Shown: positions 1 through 10,251 of the stretch, piece by piece
Layout of the letters: the number at the start of each line of letters is the position of its first letter
Numbering within the stretch: the stretch's first letter is position 1
NCBI GenBank assembly: GCA_016185425.1
Contig: JACPNQ010000035.1
Coordinates: forward strand, 1-64,000
Source: Acidobacteriota bacterium
GTDB lineage: Bacteria > Acidobacteriota > Terriglobia > Bryobacterales > Bryobacteraceae
Direction of reading: 5' to 3'
DNA: 64,000 bases
Program-made: the position numbers and the translations under genes
The notes under the pieces: generated by a model
What the model was told of the DNA's origin: nothing
The model's database searches: none
What the model saw: only the letters and a program-made list of their open reading frames with translations

Positions 1-108
1 GCTGCCGATTTTGGATAGCACTTACGGCTCTCTACAAAGGACAATACCCCAACCTCAATTTCGGATTAGCGGTTCTCCAACGCAAACTCCTTTGTTTTCA
101 AACCGCCG

Positions 109-1815
109 TCAACCTTCCTGGCCTAATTTGGACAGCCCTGACTTCCCGTATAGCACGGCCAGGCCGATTCCGATGATGCTGACGATACGCGTTAGCCACC
201 GCGGTTCGTAGACGATTTCGACGCCGCCTTGCGCTTCGACGACTAATTGGCCCCATTCATTTTTGTGCGTGGGAACGGACGCGCCATTAGCGTATGCATG
301 CCAATCGGGATCCCAGTTGACGTGGATGACGCCGCCTTGTGCTCTGGCATGGCCGGATGCGGTCCACTCCACGGCAGGCTTGACGCCGGGGATTGTGTAA
401 AGGCGCGTGTCCCTCTCCTCCCATTGGATGGGGAGATGCCCGGCCAGCACATCCTTCGCGAAGGGCTTCCAGAACTCCGGGCTTTGGAGTCCGGGGATGA
501 GTACGGAGTCGACGCCCACGGCTTGCATTCGCTGGACAAATTTCTCCCAGGAGGGTTCGGCCATTAGCTCCAGTGAGAGCTTTTGCTGCATGATATTGGG
601 CGCGGTGGCGTAGGAGCCGCCGGAATACTGCCGGACATCGGCGAAGGCGTTCATCCAGTGGGCGAGCGAGCCGCCCGTGAATACGGTGCCCTGGACGGCT
701 TGAGCGGCGCGGTATTCGATGATTGCCGTTGGGTCGGCCTGTTTGATGGCGTTGCGGGCAAATTTACGGTGGCGGATGACCTGTTGGGTGGCTCCGATTG
801 TTCCGAGAACGGCGAGGCCGATTAGCAGCCATTTCGGCCGGCCTCGCAGCACTTTTTCGAAGGCAAATACAGCCAGGAGCACAAGGGCCAACTCCATCTC
901 GCTTTTGTATCGGCCGGGTTGTTGGAGGAAGTGGATATCCCAGCGGTAAAAGAGAATTACCTGTGCAGTAGTGAGCCAGGCGAGGAGAGCGAAGAATCGC
1001 AGTTCGCGTGCGAAGTGCCAGACGATGGCGAAGCCGGCGGCGACGATCAACAGGGCAAGCCAGGAGGTCCAGGTCCAGGCGCTTTCCGGCGCTAGCTGTC
1101 CGTTGGCCTGCAAGATACCGAGAAGTGAGGGCGGATAGAAGGGGCAGACGATGAGGTATGCCAAAAAGCCTGTGCCCGGCACCAGCTTTTGGGGGAAGGA
1201 GAGGGCGAAGAGGAGAGCAGCGGTGATGCCGAAGGGATTGGCGAGGGCGGCGAGGACGATAGCCGCGATGGCTACTCCGCGCCAGCCGCGCGCCCATGCG
1301 CCGGCGGCGATGCAGACGAACGCCAACGCCAATTGGTGTGGCGCTTCATCCCAGATCAGCGTCAGATACATGCGCCGCGGTTCGAGCAGGCGGATCCAGC
1401 CGAAGGCCGCGTCGGGCTGGATCAGCTCGGTTGGCGATAGCAGAGAATAGGCGAGACCGGCTACGAACGACCATCCGGGTTTGCCGGTAATCTGCCAGGC
1501 CATCCAATACGCCGCTGCCGGGCCCAGAACGAACACGACGGCCAGCACCGCATAGATTCCGAAGTGCCAGCCGAGCCATGGAACCAGCGGCGAATAGGTG
1601 AGCTCCGCCGGCATTCCGCCCGCCCAATAGGACACCCACTGCGGGCGCCACCAGGAGTCCCCCAACACGCGGCCGAGGGCCATCCAGTAGCCGTGCATAG
1701 AATGCGTGGCGCCGGTGAACGTCAGGAAGAACACGTGCCGCACCAGGTAGGCGTTCAGCCAAACCAGCCCCAGACCGTATAGAAATGGAACTGCTGCCCG
1801 GACGCGGTGGAGCAT
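109..1815 (-). CDS. Polytopic membrane protein with a C-terminal periplasmic domain; possible GT-C-type (ArnT/PMT-like) glycosyltransferase
   Basis: 568-aa ORF with ATG start. Trp-rich multi-TM N-terminal half, a soluble C-terminal ~230 aa, then a final TM. No diagnostic motif recognised. Confidence 0.4.
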   Translation of the reverse strand: MLHRVRAAVPFLYGLGLVWLNAYLVRHVFFLTFTGATHSMHGYWMALGRVLGDSWWRPQWVSYWAGGMPAELTYSPLVPWLGWHFGIYAVLAVVFVLGPAAAYWMAWQITGKPGWSFVAGLAYSLLSPTELIQPDAAFGWIRLLEPRRMYLTLIWDEAPHQLALAFVCIAAGAWARGWRGVAIAAIVLAALANPFGITAALLFALSFPQKLVPGTGFLAYLIVCPFYPPSLLGILQANGQLAPESAWTWTSWLALLIVAAGFAIVWHFARELRFFALLAWLTTAQVILFYRWDIHFLQQPGRYKSEMELALVLLAVFAFEKVLRGRPKWLLIGLAVLGTIGATQQVIRHRKFARNAIKQADPTAIIEYRAAQAVQGTVFTGGSLAHWMNAFADVRQYSGGSYATAPNIMQQKLSLELMAEPSWEKFVQRMQAVGVDSVLIPGLQSPEFWKPFAKDVLAGHLPIQWEERDTRLYTIPGVKPAVEWTASGHARAQGGVIHVNWDPDWHAYANGASVPTHKNEWGQLVVEAQGGVEIVYEPRWLTRIVSIIGIGLAVLYGKSGLSKLGQEG

Positions 1816-1854
1816 AGAGACCCCTGTGGAAAACCTGTGGGAAGCGCTGGAAAA

Positions 1855-2223
1855 CTAGTTGGTGATGTCGTGCGTGGTGGATTCGCCGCGGAGGGGGAGG
1901 TAAATTTTGTACCACTCCTTCTGGGCGGGACTGTCGGTGTAGTCCTTCAGTGCCTTCTCGTCTCTAAACTCCATGACGATGGCATGGGTATAGCCAGCGC
2001 CCTGCACTTTGATGGCGCGGGTCCAGATGCGGGTGATGCCCTTGTAAGTGTTGGCGACGGTTTCCGCGCCCTTGAGAGCGCCGGCGATCTGCTCGGGTGT
2101 GGTGCCTTCCTTCCACTTAATGGTGATGACGTGCATGACCGAAGCTGGTTTCTTGGCGGCGGCATGGATGGGAGCAACCGTGAGTGCGGCGGCGGCGAAG
2201 AGAGTGAAGAGGAGTCGTTTCAT
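1855..2223 (-). CDS. Dabb (stress-responsive alpha/beta barrel) domain protein, secreted
   Basis: Track start 2229 is TTG; the ATG at 2223 gives MKRLLFTLFAAAALTVAPIHA, a signal peptide. Dabb-like core (ITIKWKEGTT...AIVMEFRDEKALKDY). Confidence 0.55.
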   Translation of the reverse strand: MKRLLFTLFAAAALTVAPIHAAAKKPASVMHVITIKWKEGTTPEQIAGALKGAETVANTYKGITRIWTRAIKVQGAGYTHAIVMEFRDEKALKDYTDSPAQKEWYKIYLPLRGESTTHDITN

Positions 2224-2225
2224 GA

Positions 2226-2606
2226 TCAATATTTCCTTTCTTTGAATCCCTGCCAGTGTTCGCAGACGATGATGGAGTTGGCGGGATTGTTGGGATCGTA
2301 CTTGGCAGTGGCGGTGCCGACGAGTTGCTCGGCCGGGCGGGGCAGGAACTGGGAGAGGGTAGAGATGTCCTGCGTGGTGTCGTAGGCGACGCCGGCGATC
2401 TCGTAGCCATATTGGATGGCGCTGTCATCCGACTGGAAGATAGTCACTTCGGTGAGGCGGCCAATGATGTGCAGGCGGATGCGGCGACGGCGTTCCCGCT
2501 CCTGCGGGTTGCGGGATCGCCTGACAATACGCGACACCAGCCAAACCAGCGCTCCCGTCGCGGCGATGCCGACGGTGGCGGGAGCGGCGATGGGAATGGC
2601 GGGCAA
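2226..2606 (-). CDS. DUF3592-family small membrane protein
   Basis: N-terminal TM, then a beta-rich domain ending in the AKYDPNNPANSII motif typical of DUF3592. There is no Met in the ORF, so the start must be TTG (2606) or similar. Packed between tal and the Dabb gene. Confidence 0.4.
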   Translation of the reverse strand: MPAIPIAAPATVGIAATGALVWLVSRIVRRSRNPQERERRRRIRLHIIGRLTEVTIFQSDDSAIQYGYEIAGVAYDTTQDISTLSQFLPRPAEQLVGTATAKYDPNNPANSIIVCEHWQGFKERKY

Positions 2607-2609
2607 GGG

Positions 2610-3260
2610 CTATTTGTTGCCGAATACTTTGGCGTAGTCCTTCAGGAAAGCATCGAGGCCTTTTTCGGTCAACGGGTGGTTGAAGAGTGAATCAAGCGTC
2701 TTGAACGGAAGGGTGCCGATATGCGCGCCGGCTTTCGCCGCCTGGATCACATGGTTCGTTGAACGAAGGCTTGCGGCGAGGATCTGTGTTTTGTAGCCGT
2801 AGTTCCTGTAGATCTGGACGAGGTCCTGGATGAGGATCATGCCTTCGGCGCCCATGTCATCAATGCGGCCGACAAACGGACTGACGATGTAGGCGCCGGC
2901 CTTGGCGACAAGGAGGCCCTGGCCGGCCTGGAAGCAGAGGGTGACGTTGGTGCGGATGCCTTCGCCCTGGAGCAGTTTGCAGGCCTGGACGCCGTCGCGG
3001 ATGAGCGGCAGCTTGACGATGATGTTTTTGTGGATTTTGGAGAGTTTGCGGCCCTCCTCAACCATGGCTTTGAATTCGGTACTGACGACTTCGGCGCTGA
3101 TGTCGCCGTCAATGATGTCGCAGATGGCGCGGACCTGTTCTTCGATGGGCTTACCTTCCTTGGCGATCAAGGAGGGATTGGTGGTGACGCCGTCGACGAT
3201 GCCCCAAGCGGCAGCCTTCTTCAGCTCTTCGAGGTTTGCTGTATCGAGAAAAATTCTCAT
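2610..3260 (-). CDS. tal: Transaldolase, short type (Tal/FSA family)
   Basis: 216 aa starting MRIFLDTANLEEL, with the conserved Schiff-base lysine region (IIVKLP). AGGAGA RBS upstream of the ATG. Confidence 0.85.
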   Translation of the reverse strand: MRIFLDTANLEELKKAAAWGIVDGVTTNPSLIAKEGKPIEEQVRAICDIIDGDISAEVVSTEFKAMVEEGRKLSKIHKNIIVKLPLIRDGVQACKLLQGEGIRTNVTLCFQAGQGLLVAKAGAYIVSPFVGRIDDMGAEGMILIQDLVQIYRNYGYKTQILAASLRSTNHVIQAAKAGAHIGTLPFKTLDSLFNHPLTEKGLDAFLKDYAKVFGNK

Positions 3261-3281
3261 GGTGTATCTCCTAAAATTGCA

Positions 3282-4073
3282 TTACTCCGCAACGATCGAA
3301 TTCTCGACCTGGCCCACGCCAGGAACGGCGACGCGGACAGTGCTTCCGATTTGCATGGGGCCAACTCCCGGAGGGGTGCCCGTGGCGATGAGGTCGCCGG
3401 GCTCGAGAGTCAAAAACTGGGTGATGTAGGCCAGAATAGCACCCGGCGGGAAGATCATGTCCGAAACGGGAGCGTCCTGGACACAGTTGCCATCAAGCCA
3501 GGTTTGCACGCGCAGGCTATCGAAATCGACCTCCTCGATGGGTACGGACCAGCGGCCCGTGGGACAGAATGTATCGAAACCTTTGCCGCGGGTCCATTGG
3601 CCGTCCTTGCGCTGGAGGTCGCGAGCGGTGACGTCGTTGACGCAGGTGTAGCCCCAGACGTAGTCACGCCAGTTAGCTGGGTCGATGCTACGGGCGCTCT
3701 TCGAGATGATGAGGCCGAGTTCGCCTTCGTAGTGCAGGTTCTGCGAGAGCCTGGGATAGACGACATCATCGCCATCGGCTGCGAGGGAAGACGGGGGCTT
3801 GAGGAAGATGAGGGGTTCGGTGGGAACTTCGTTGCCGAGCTCTTTGGCGTGTTCCGCGTAGTTGCGGCCAACGCAGACGATCTTGGTCGGGTTGGCGGAG
3901 GGCAAAAGCTTGACGTGCTTGAGGTCAATGACGGCACCGTCCGGTTCGGGAGCGAACAAATTTCGGACAGGGCGGATGTGACCATCCTCGAGGACGCCGT
4001 AGCGGGCACCGGCGGCGTCGGTTAACGTCGAGGGTGCCGTGTGGTCAAAGGTAAATCGTACGTATCGGGTCAA
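3282..4073 (-). CDS. Fumarylacetoacetate hydrolase (FAH) family protein
   Basis: FAH motifs (KIVCVGRNYAEHAKE, YEGELGLIISK, GDLIATGTPPGVG). TTG start overlaps the upstream stop in TTGA. Confidence 0.85.
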   Translation of the reverse strand: MTRYVRFTFDHTAPSTLTDAAGARYGVLEDGHIRPVRNLFAPEPDGAVIDLKHVKLLPSANPTKIVCVGRNYAEHAKELGNEVPTEPLIFLKPPSSLAADGDDVVYPRLSQNLHYEGELGLIISKSARSIDPANWRDYVWGYTCVNDVTARDLQRKDGQWTRGKGFDTFCPTGRWSVPIEEVDFDSLRVQTWLDGNCVQDAPVSDMIFPPGAILAYITQFLTLEPGDLIATGTPPGVGPMQIGSTVRVAVPGVGQVENSIVAE

Positions 4074-5020
4074 GGTACCGTAATCTCCACTTCTTGCGAT
4101 GGTATGCTCTGGTTCTTGCGCAGGTCGAGGGCCGTTACCACGTATCGATAGCGGTTGCCGCGTTGCACGTCACGGTCGGTGTAGGCGGGAGCGTCGAGAA
4201 ATGGGGCAACCACGGCGAATGCTCCTGTGCCCACGGCGCGGGACACCGTGTAGCCGTGGATATCGGGCTCCGGGTTCGGATTCCACGATAATTCAACGGT
4301 TCCCGCACCAGCGACGACATTGAGACCAGTGGGGGCGCCGGGCGGAAAGCGGTCCTCAATGGTCACGCTTTTGGGACCTACTTTTCGGCCTTGGGCTTTG
4401 TCACCGCGTGCCTGAATCTCATAGTTGTAAACTTTGCCGAGCGCGGCGCGGGGATCAAAGAATTGACCGTTTGTTCCTTCACCGATTCGCGCGCCGTCCC
4501 GGAAGACGATGACCGGGCCAGTGAAACCCTTCCAGGTGATGAGCGCGCCGTTAGGAGCGGAATCGGCAACAAAATCGGACGGCGTAATGACCGGTGTTTC
4601 GATGCGAAGAGTGACAAGGTTGGACCAGCCGGAAGCTCGACCTTTTTTATTGGCCATGCGCACGGCCATGACTACTTCGCTGCCGGTGAATTCACGGACG
4701 TCGAAGGAGGTTTCGGCGGGGCCGGCTTTGGTGGCATCGACAGCGACGGCCTTGGCGGCAGCGGCCCATGTATCGATATTCCAGCCGTCTTCCGGCAGGC
4801 GGCCAACGCGGATTTCAACACGCGCGATATCGGTAACCGGCAGGTTCTCGGTGGTCTTTGGCGGGATAGTGAAGAAGGCGTCGACTTGTGATTCGACCTG
4901 TTGCGCGCGCAAATCCTGGACGGGTTGGGGGATATTGAGCGCGGGGGGCAAAGGATCGCCGACGTAACCGCACGAAACGGCCACGAGCGCCACGGTCGAA
5001 ATCAGAACAACTCGCCTCAC
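4070..5020 (-). CDS. Lipoprotein with fibronectin-III-like repeats
   Basis: GTG start overlaps the hslU stop (GTGA). Signal peptide plus lipobox (ALVAVSCG). Two FN3-like segments ([17 protein letters not shown]). Confidence 0.5.
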   Translation of the reverse strand: MRRVVLISTVALVAVSCGYVGDPLPPALNIPQPVQDLRAQQVESQVDAFFTIPPKTTENLPVTDIARVEIRVGRLPEDGWNIDTWAAAAKAVAVDATKAGPAETSFDVREFTGSEVVMAVRMANKKGRASGWSNLVTLRIETPVITPSDFVADSAPNGALITWKGFTGPVIVFRDGARIGEGTNGQFFDPRAALGKVYNYEIQARGDKAQGRKVGPKSVTIEDRFPPGAPTGLNVVAGAGTVELSWNPNPEPDIHGYTVSRAVGTGAFAVVAPFLDAPAYTDRDVQRGNRYRYVVTALDLRKNQSIPSQEVEITVP

Positions 5021-6402
5021 AAGATGTATTTGCTCAGGTCCTGATCTTTGACGATGCTTGCGAGCTGCTGCTGGACGTACTTGGCGTCAATCTTGATGTT
5101 TTTCTTCTTGAGGTCCGGTCCTTCGAAGCTGATCTCTTCAAGCACTTTTTCCATGATGGTGTGAAGACGGCGGGCGCCGATGTTTTCCATCACTTCGTTG
5201 ACTTGCGTGGCGAAGAGCGCAATTTCCTTGATGGCGTCGTCCGTGAACGTCAGGCGGATGCCTTCGGTTTCGAGCAGGGCCATGCACTGTTTGATGAGGG
5301 CGTTTTTCGGCTCGCGAAGGATGCGAATGAAATCTTCCTGGGTGAGCGCCTTGAGCTCGACGCGGATGGGGAAGCGGCCCTGGAGCTCGGGGATGAGGTC
5401 GGCGGGTTTGGAGACGTGGAAGGCGCCGGCGGCGATGAAGAGAATGTGATCGGTGCGGACGAAGCCGTAGCGGGTGTTGACTGTCGTGCCTTCGACGATG
5501 GGAAGGATGTCGCGTTGTACGCCTTCGCGGCTGACGTCAGGGCCCTGGCCGCCTTCACGGCCGGCGATCTTGTCGATTTCGTCGAGGAAAACGATGCCAC
5601 TTTTTTCGACGCGCTCGATGGCGGTGCGGGTGACGAGATCCATGTCGACGAGCTTCTGCTCCTCTTCCTGGATGAGGTAATCGAGCGCCTCAGGGACCGG
5701 CATTTTGCGTTTGCGCGTGCGGTTGCCGAAGAGAGCGGGGAGGATGTCCTTGAAATTGGACATGTCCATGTCGTCGGGAGGGCCGGTGCCGGGGCCGGGG
5801 GAGGCGATGAACTCGAAAGCGGGGGTGCGGTCCTTGACGTCGATTTCAACAGTCTGCTCATCGAGTTTGCCGGCGTGGAGTTTTTCGCGCAGTTTTTCGC
5901 GGGTGCGGGATTGGCTCTCGGTGGGTTCGGTTTGCGGGGGGAGAAGGAGGTCGATGAGGCGCTCTTCGGCGTTGCGTTCGGCACGTTCCTCGACTTCGTC
6001 GAGCTTCTCGTCACGGATCATGTCGATGGCGATTTCGACGAGATCGCGGATCATCGATTCGACATCGCGGCCGACATAGCCGACCTCGGTGAACTTGCTG
6101 GCCTCGACTTTGAGGAATGGAGAGTTGGCCAGCTTGGCGAGGCGGCGGGCGATTTCAGTCTTGCCGACGCCGGTGGAGCCGATCATGAGGATGTTCTTCG
6201 GCATGACGTCTTCGGCCATGTCGGGGTCGAGGCGCTGGCGCCTCATGCGGTTGCGGAGGGCAACAGCGACGGCTTTCTTAGCGTCGGCTTGGCCAATGAC
6301 GTATTTGTCGAGCTCCCGGACGATCTCGCGGGGGGTGAGTTCATCGAGCAGAGGAGTTTCTTCAGCGCCGTTGCCGTGCTGGGAGGGCAGGTAGATGACC
6401 AT
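5017..6402 (-). CDS. hslU: ATP-dependent protease ATPase subunit HslU
   Basis: [16 protein letters not shown], Walker A GSTGVGKT, and the HslU intermediate domain. 1-nt stop/start overlap with hslV. Confidence 0.95.
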   Translation of the reverse strand: MVIYLPSQHGNGAEETPLLDELTPREIVRELDKYVIGQADAKKAVAVALRNRMRRQRLDPDMAEDVMPKNILMIGSTGVGKTEIARRLAKLANSPFLKVEASKFTEVGYVGRDVESMIRDLVEIAIDMIRDEKLDEVEERAERNAEERLIDLLLPPQTEPTESQSRTREKLREKLHAGKLDEQTVEIDVKDRTPAFEFIASPGPGTGPPDDMDMSNFKDILPALFGNRTRKRKMPVPEALDYLIQEEEQKLVDMDLVTRTAIERVEKSGIVFLDEIDKIAGREGGQGPDVSREGVQRDILPIVEGTTVNTRYGFVRTDHILFIAAGAFHVSKPADLIPELQGRFPIRVELKALTQEDFIRILREPKNALIKQCMALLETEGIRLTFTDDAIKEIALFATQVNEVMENIGARRLHTIMEKVLEEISFEGPDLKKKNIKIDAKYVQQQLASIVKDQDLSKYIL

Positions 6403-6950
6403 TAGCCGAGTTCCTCGTAGATCACGTTGAGGTTGGTGTATATGCAGATGTTGCCGGCGATGGTCATGGACTTCTCGGCGATTTCGCGGGCGGAGAGTTC
6501 CGTGTTTTCGATGAGGGCGAGTGCCGCGGATTTGGCGAACGGTCCGCCCGAACCGATGGAGGCGAGGGCTTCGTCGGGCTCGATGACATCACCGTTGCCG
6601 GATAGGATGTAGGTTTTGTCGAGATCGGCGACGAGGAGCAGGGCTTCGAGATGGCGGAGCACCTTATCGGTGCGCCAGTCCTTGGCGAGTTCTACGACGG
6701 CGCGGTCCAGCTTGCCATTGTGCTGTTCGAGCTTTGTCTCGAAGCGTCCGAAGAGGGAAAAGGCGTCAGCGGTGGAGCCGGCGAACCCGGAAAGGATCTT
6801 GCCGTTATAGAGGCGGCGGAGCTTGCGGGCGCCGGCCTTGAGAACTTCGCTACCGAGGGTGACTTGGCCGTCGGCGGCCATTACTACTTTGCCGTTCCGG
6901 CGTACGGCAAGCACCGTTGTGGAACGGATCCGTGAAGACATTCTGCTCAA
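6402..6950 (-). CDS. hslV: ATP-dependent protease subunit HslV, with a short N-terminal propeptide
   Basis: [23 protein letters not shown] matches the HslV core. Track start 6950 is TTG; the first ATG is at 6941 ([10 protein letters not shown]...). A 7-10 aa extension before the catalytic Thr is implied. Confidence 0.9.
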   Translation of the reverse strand: MSRMSSRIRSTTVLAVRRNGKVVMAADGQVTLGSEVLKAGARKLRRLYNGKILSGFAGSTADAFSLFGRFETKLEQHNGKLDRAVVELAKDWRTDKVLRHLEALLLVADLDKTYILSGNGDVIEPDEALASIGSGGPFAKSAALALIENTELSAREIAEKSMTIAGNICIYTNLNVIYEELG

Positions 6951-6970
6951 TCTACTATTCTAACGCGGTG

Positions 6971-7804
6971 TCAAACGCTCCAGAAGGGCTCGCCAGCGGG
7001 GATGTGGGCGACGGGCACTTCGGAGATGAACGTTTTCAGCCATTTGGCGCACTCTTTCATGCCGCCTTCTTCGGAGACGGAATGGCCGAGGACGATGAGC
7101 GCTTTCCTATCGCCCGCCGCTATCATGTCTTGGACGAACTCATAGACTTCCCATTCGCGGGCTTCGCCGATGACGAGGGCGTCGGCGTTGCGGAGGGAAC
7201 GGATGGCACCAGTGAGGTTGTTGTAGCCGGGATTGATTGCGACTTTGGAGACCGGCTGGGCGGGGTCGCCGATGACTCGGATGGCGCGGATGCCGAGTTT
7301 AGCTTTGATGTCTTTGGCTAGGGCGGCGAGGGACGTTTTGGGCAGTTCGAGAATCCGTTCGCCCGGCTTTTCGTACTTCGACCAGCCGAGTTCTTCCAAC
7401 ATGCCAGTGCGGATGCCGTCAGGCCGGCGGGCGTGCCAATGGTCATGGAAGCGGAAGATGGCGATCTGGTTCTTTTCGATGAAGGCCTGTTTCGCGTGAA
7501 GGGTGGGTTCATTGGCGACTTCTTTGGCGCCGTCGTCATGGGCGTAGAAGGTGGGTTCATGCGTGACGATCATATTCCTGCCTTCGGCCGCGGCGCGTTG
7601 GAGCACGTCGAAGGTGGCCATGAAGGTTGTGGCGATGCCTCTTACCGGCGTTGAAGCGGAGCCGGTTTTGAAGGTGTCGACGGTCTGCTCGCGCCATTCG
7701 ACAGCGACGGCTTTTTTGATGCGATCGAGGATTTCGCCGGCGGTGAGGGTTTTGGGTTGGGCCGTAGCGGCGAGACTGGCGAGGAGAGCGGCACGGCGTG
7801 TCAT
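6971..7804 (-). CDS. Nif3-like (YbgI/YqfO family) protein with a predicted Tat/Sec-type N-terminus
   Basis: VTHEPTFY and GHSVSEEGG resemble the Nif3 metal-binding motifs. The N-terminus MTRRAALLASLAATA is signal-like. Immediately downstream of the DUF1080 gene. Confidence 0.45.
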   Translation of the reverse strand: MTRRAALLASLAATAQPKTLTAGEILDRIKKAVAVEWREQTVDTFKTGSASTPVRGIATTFMATFDVLQRAAAEGRNMIVTHEPTFYAHDDGAKEVANEPTLHAKQAFIEKNQIAIFRFHDHWHARRPDGIRTGMLEELGWSKYEKPGERILELPKTSLAALAKDIKAKLGIRAIRVIGDPAQPVSKVAINPGYNNLTGAIRSLRNADALVIGEAREWEVYEFVQDMIAAGDRKALIVLGHSVSEEGGMKECAKWLKTFISEVPVAHIPAGEPFWSV

Positions 7805-8374
7805 TTATTTCACCTGGGAAACGCGGATGTTGCGGAAGGCGATGTTCTGCTTTGGCTGGCACTGGAAGCCGATGACGCCTTCGGCGTGTTTGGAGTCGTG
7901 GGCGTCGAGGACCTTCTGGCCATTGAGGAGGACGACGAAGTGGTCGCCCTTGGCGGTGATATCGAACTTGTTCCACTCATTCGCTTTGATTTTGGTGGGC
8001 TCCGCTTTAACGGAACCGACGAGACTGCCGGTGAGGTAGCCGGCGGGCTGCATGTCCCAGATCTGGAGTTCGTAACCGGTGACGTGGGGCTGGCCTTCTT
8101 TTTGGGAGCGGAGGAAGACGCCGCTGTTGACGGTGGCGGCGCCTTTGAATTCGAGCTGGAGATGGAAGTCTTTGTAGGTGGCTTTCGTGGCTATCCATCC
8201 GGGGGAGGCGCCACCGCAGACGAGTGCACCGTCTTCGACTTTCCAATCGCCGGTGGAGGGAGCGGCGGAGGTGGCGCGGGGCTCCCAGCCGTTTAGGGAT
8301 TTGCCGTCGAAGAGGGTGGTCCAGGTTTGAGCCCACGCTGGGGTGAGAAGGAGGAGAAGGAGTGGGAAGCGCAT
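7805..8374 (-). CDS. DUF1080 (3-keto-disaccharide hydrolase-like) secreted protein
   Basis: Signal peptide MRFPLLLLLLTPAWA and a family-typical core (FDGKSLNGWE...NSGVFLR...GYELQI...NIRV). Confidence 0.7.
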   Translation of the reverse strand: MRFPLLLLLLTPAWAQTWTTLFDGKSLNGWEPRATSAAPSTGDWKVEDGALVCGGASPGWIATKATYKDFHLQLEFKGAATVNSGVFLRSQKEGQPHVTGYELQIWDMQPAGYLTGSLVGSVKAEPTKIKANEWNKFDITAKGDHFVVLLNGQKVLDAHDSKHAEGVIGFQCQPKQNIAFRNIRVSQVK

Positions 8375-8503
8375 TGGTAGATTATGTCCCAGTCAAAGAT
8401 ATGTGTGGCCACCCGATTGCAGTGAAAAGGAAAGCCAAGGGAAGGTACCCCTTGCGTGGAAATTTAACGGGTGTATAGTTGTTCGCACCAGGGAGGAATC
8501 ACG

Positions 8504-8956
8504 ATGAAAGGATCATCGGTTTCCGTAGGATCGTTGCTTGACAGAAAAGGCAGACGGGTCTTTTCCATCGCTCCGGATGCGTCCGTTTATTCCGCCATTG
8601 AAGAGATGGCGGAACGGGGGATCGGCGCTCTCGTCGTTCTCGAAGAAGGCCGTCTGGCCGGTATACTTTCGGAGCGCGACTACACACGCAAGGTAATTCT
8701 TGCCGGACGGTCTTCGCGCGAGACGGCGGTGGGCGAGATTATGTCGACGGACCTTGTGACCGTCACGCCGATGGACGGCGTGGGGTACTGCTTGCGTATC
8801 ATGACCGATCACCGTGTACGGCATCTGCCGGTGATCTCGGATGGAAGCGTTGTCGGCGTTCTTTCGATCGGCGATCTGGTGAAGCAAGTGATCGCCGAGC
8901 AGGAAGATACGATCGACCAGCTTCACAGCTATATAGCGGGTGCGTATCCGAGCTAG
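8504..8956 (+). CDS. CBS-domain pair protein
   Basis: Two CBS motifs. The ATG at 8504 is preceded by GGGAGG; the track start 8471 is GTG. Confidence 0.75.
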   Translation: MKGSSVSVGSLLDRKGRRVFSIAPDASVYSAIEEMAERGIGALVVLEEGRLAGILSERDYTRKVILAGRSSRETAVGEIMSTDLVTVTPMDGVGYCLRIMTDHRVRHLPVISDGSVVGVLSIGDLVKQVIAEQEDTIDQLHSYIAGAYPS

Positions 8957-9351
8957 TGGATGGAGTAGCCGGCGGCTTTCCAGCCGCCCGGCTCCTTGCT
9001 CATGACAACAACTTCCACGGCTTTCGGCTTGTTGGCGAAGGTCGTGGCATATTCCAAGATCAAGTAATCGCCATCGGGCGCTCCGGCCAGCGTTTTAGAC
9101 GGTTTGGCCGATTGATAGCCGCGCTGCTGGAGGGCACCGGCTGCTGTGCGCATGGCGCGGATTTGGGACTCCCACTCGTCCGCCGAGATTTGCGGGCGTT
9201 GATGCTGGCTGGCCTGCTTCCAGGCATCTTTGTATTTCGCCTGATCGAGCAACGCGAGCCATTTTTCGCCGCTTTTCCTGGCAGCATCCTCGCCGTCAGC
9301 AGAGAGGAGCGGCGCGGCCGCGGCAACCGCCAAAAAGGTTCGTCGGGTCAT
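8953..9351 (-). CDS. Tat-secreted DUF4019-like protein
   Basis: Internal ATG at 9351 gives MTRRTFLAVAAAAPLL, a Tat-like signal. The 268-aa track ORF is an upstream over-extension. Confidence 0.5.
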   Translation of the reverse strand: MTRRTFLAVAAAAPLLSADGEDAARKSGEKWLALLDQAKYKDAWKQASQHQRPQISADEWESQIRAMRTAAGALQQRGYQSAKPSKTLAGAPDGDYLILEYATTFANKPKAVEVVVMSKEPGGWKAAGYSIH

Positions 9352-9468
9352 TGCAGAAGTTAGAGTATGTCTCTTGGTTCCGCGTTTCAATGGCCCGCGG
9401 GCACCCGATTGCGCGCTTAGAGACTGACCGGCCAGACAAGGGCGGCAATTTCTGAAGAGGAAACAAAA

Positions 9469-10209
9469 ATGAAACGACTGATCGCTTGTGCAGTATTGGG
9501 AATTAGCATGCTCGGCGGCTTGGCCGCGCAGGAGCGGAACGTGCAACACCGGCGTGTGTATTCGGTGAAATGGGGACACTTGCAAGACTTCGTCTCGACG
9601 ATGAAGGACCTGCAGGCGCTGTATAAGACCGCGGGGGTGGAGGCGCCGATGATCGTCCTGCAATCGCAGACGGGGCCTGACCGGATCATGGTAATCCGGT
9701 ACTACGCGAAGATGTCCGACGCCCTGGCGAACCGGCGCGACGCGTTCAAGGGTAAACATGAAGCAGAGTATCTAGCCCTCAACAATCGGCTTAGCAACTT
9801 TGTCAACGACCGGGAGTCGAAAGTTTCCGTGCGGGACACGGAGCTGAGCCTTCCGCGAGCGGGGGAACTGCCGCCTTACTTCCGTGTGGTCCAAACGGAG
9901 GTGAAGCCGGGCAAGATGAGCGAGTACAGAGCCCTGATCAAGGAGTTCGTGAACACCGGAATCAAGCCCGCGGGAATTAAGGCTTATACGGTGTTGACGA
10001 CGCAGATTGGCGGCTCGCCAGATGAAATCGTGACAGGAACGGGTCTCCAGTCGCTTGGGGAACTGGATGATCCACCGGTCATCAAGGCGATGGGAGGCCA
10101 AGCGAAATTCGATGCGTTCCTGGCCAAGCGTGCAGCGCTTGTGAATCACACGGACGTGGAAATGTACTTTCTGCGGCGCGATTTGACCACGTGGACGAAC
10201 CCGAAGTAA
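9469..10209 (+). CDS. Secreted hypothetical protein
   Basis: Signal peptide MKRLIACAVLGISMLGGLAAQ. No recognisable domain. Confidence 0.4.
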   Translation: MKRLIACAVLGISMLGGLAAQERNVQHRRVYSVKWGHLQDFVSTMKDLQALYKTAGVEAPMIVLQSQTGPDRIMVIRYYAKMSDALANRRDAFKGKHEAEYLALNNRLSNFVNDRESKVSVRDTELSLPRAGELPPYFRVVQTEVKPGKMSEYRALIKEFVNTGIKPAGIKAYTVLTTQIGGSPDEIVTGTGLQSLGELDDPPVIKAMGGQAKFDAFLAKRAALVNHTDVEMYFLRRDLTTWTNPK

Positions 10210-10220
10210 GACGGTAGAGT

Positions 10221-10251
10221 GGACTGGTGGCGCATCGGACGCCGCCAGTCC
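10221..10251. other. Perfect 12-bp stem / 7-nt loop hairpin 11 nt after the stop of the 9469..10209 gene, with no U-tract
   Basis: ggactggtggcg-catcgga-cgccgccagtcc, one G.U pair. Read directly from the sequence. Confidence 0.5.

Noticed and set aside
11-211. 66-aa ORF at the window edge
   Set aside because: It has no RBS and no conservation signal, and it overlaps the 3' end of the 109..1815 gene.
5161-6405. 414-aa ORF antisense to hslU. Similar long antisense ORFs at 12645..14069, 16036..16740, 25800..27122, 29433..30677, 58708..59490 and 62640..63950.
   Set aside because: These are typical high-GC antisense open frames. Their translations are low-complexity (Ala/Gly/Arg/Asp-rich) with no domains, and the opposite strand carries well-supported conserved genes.
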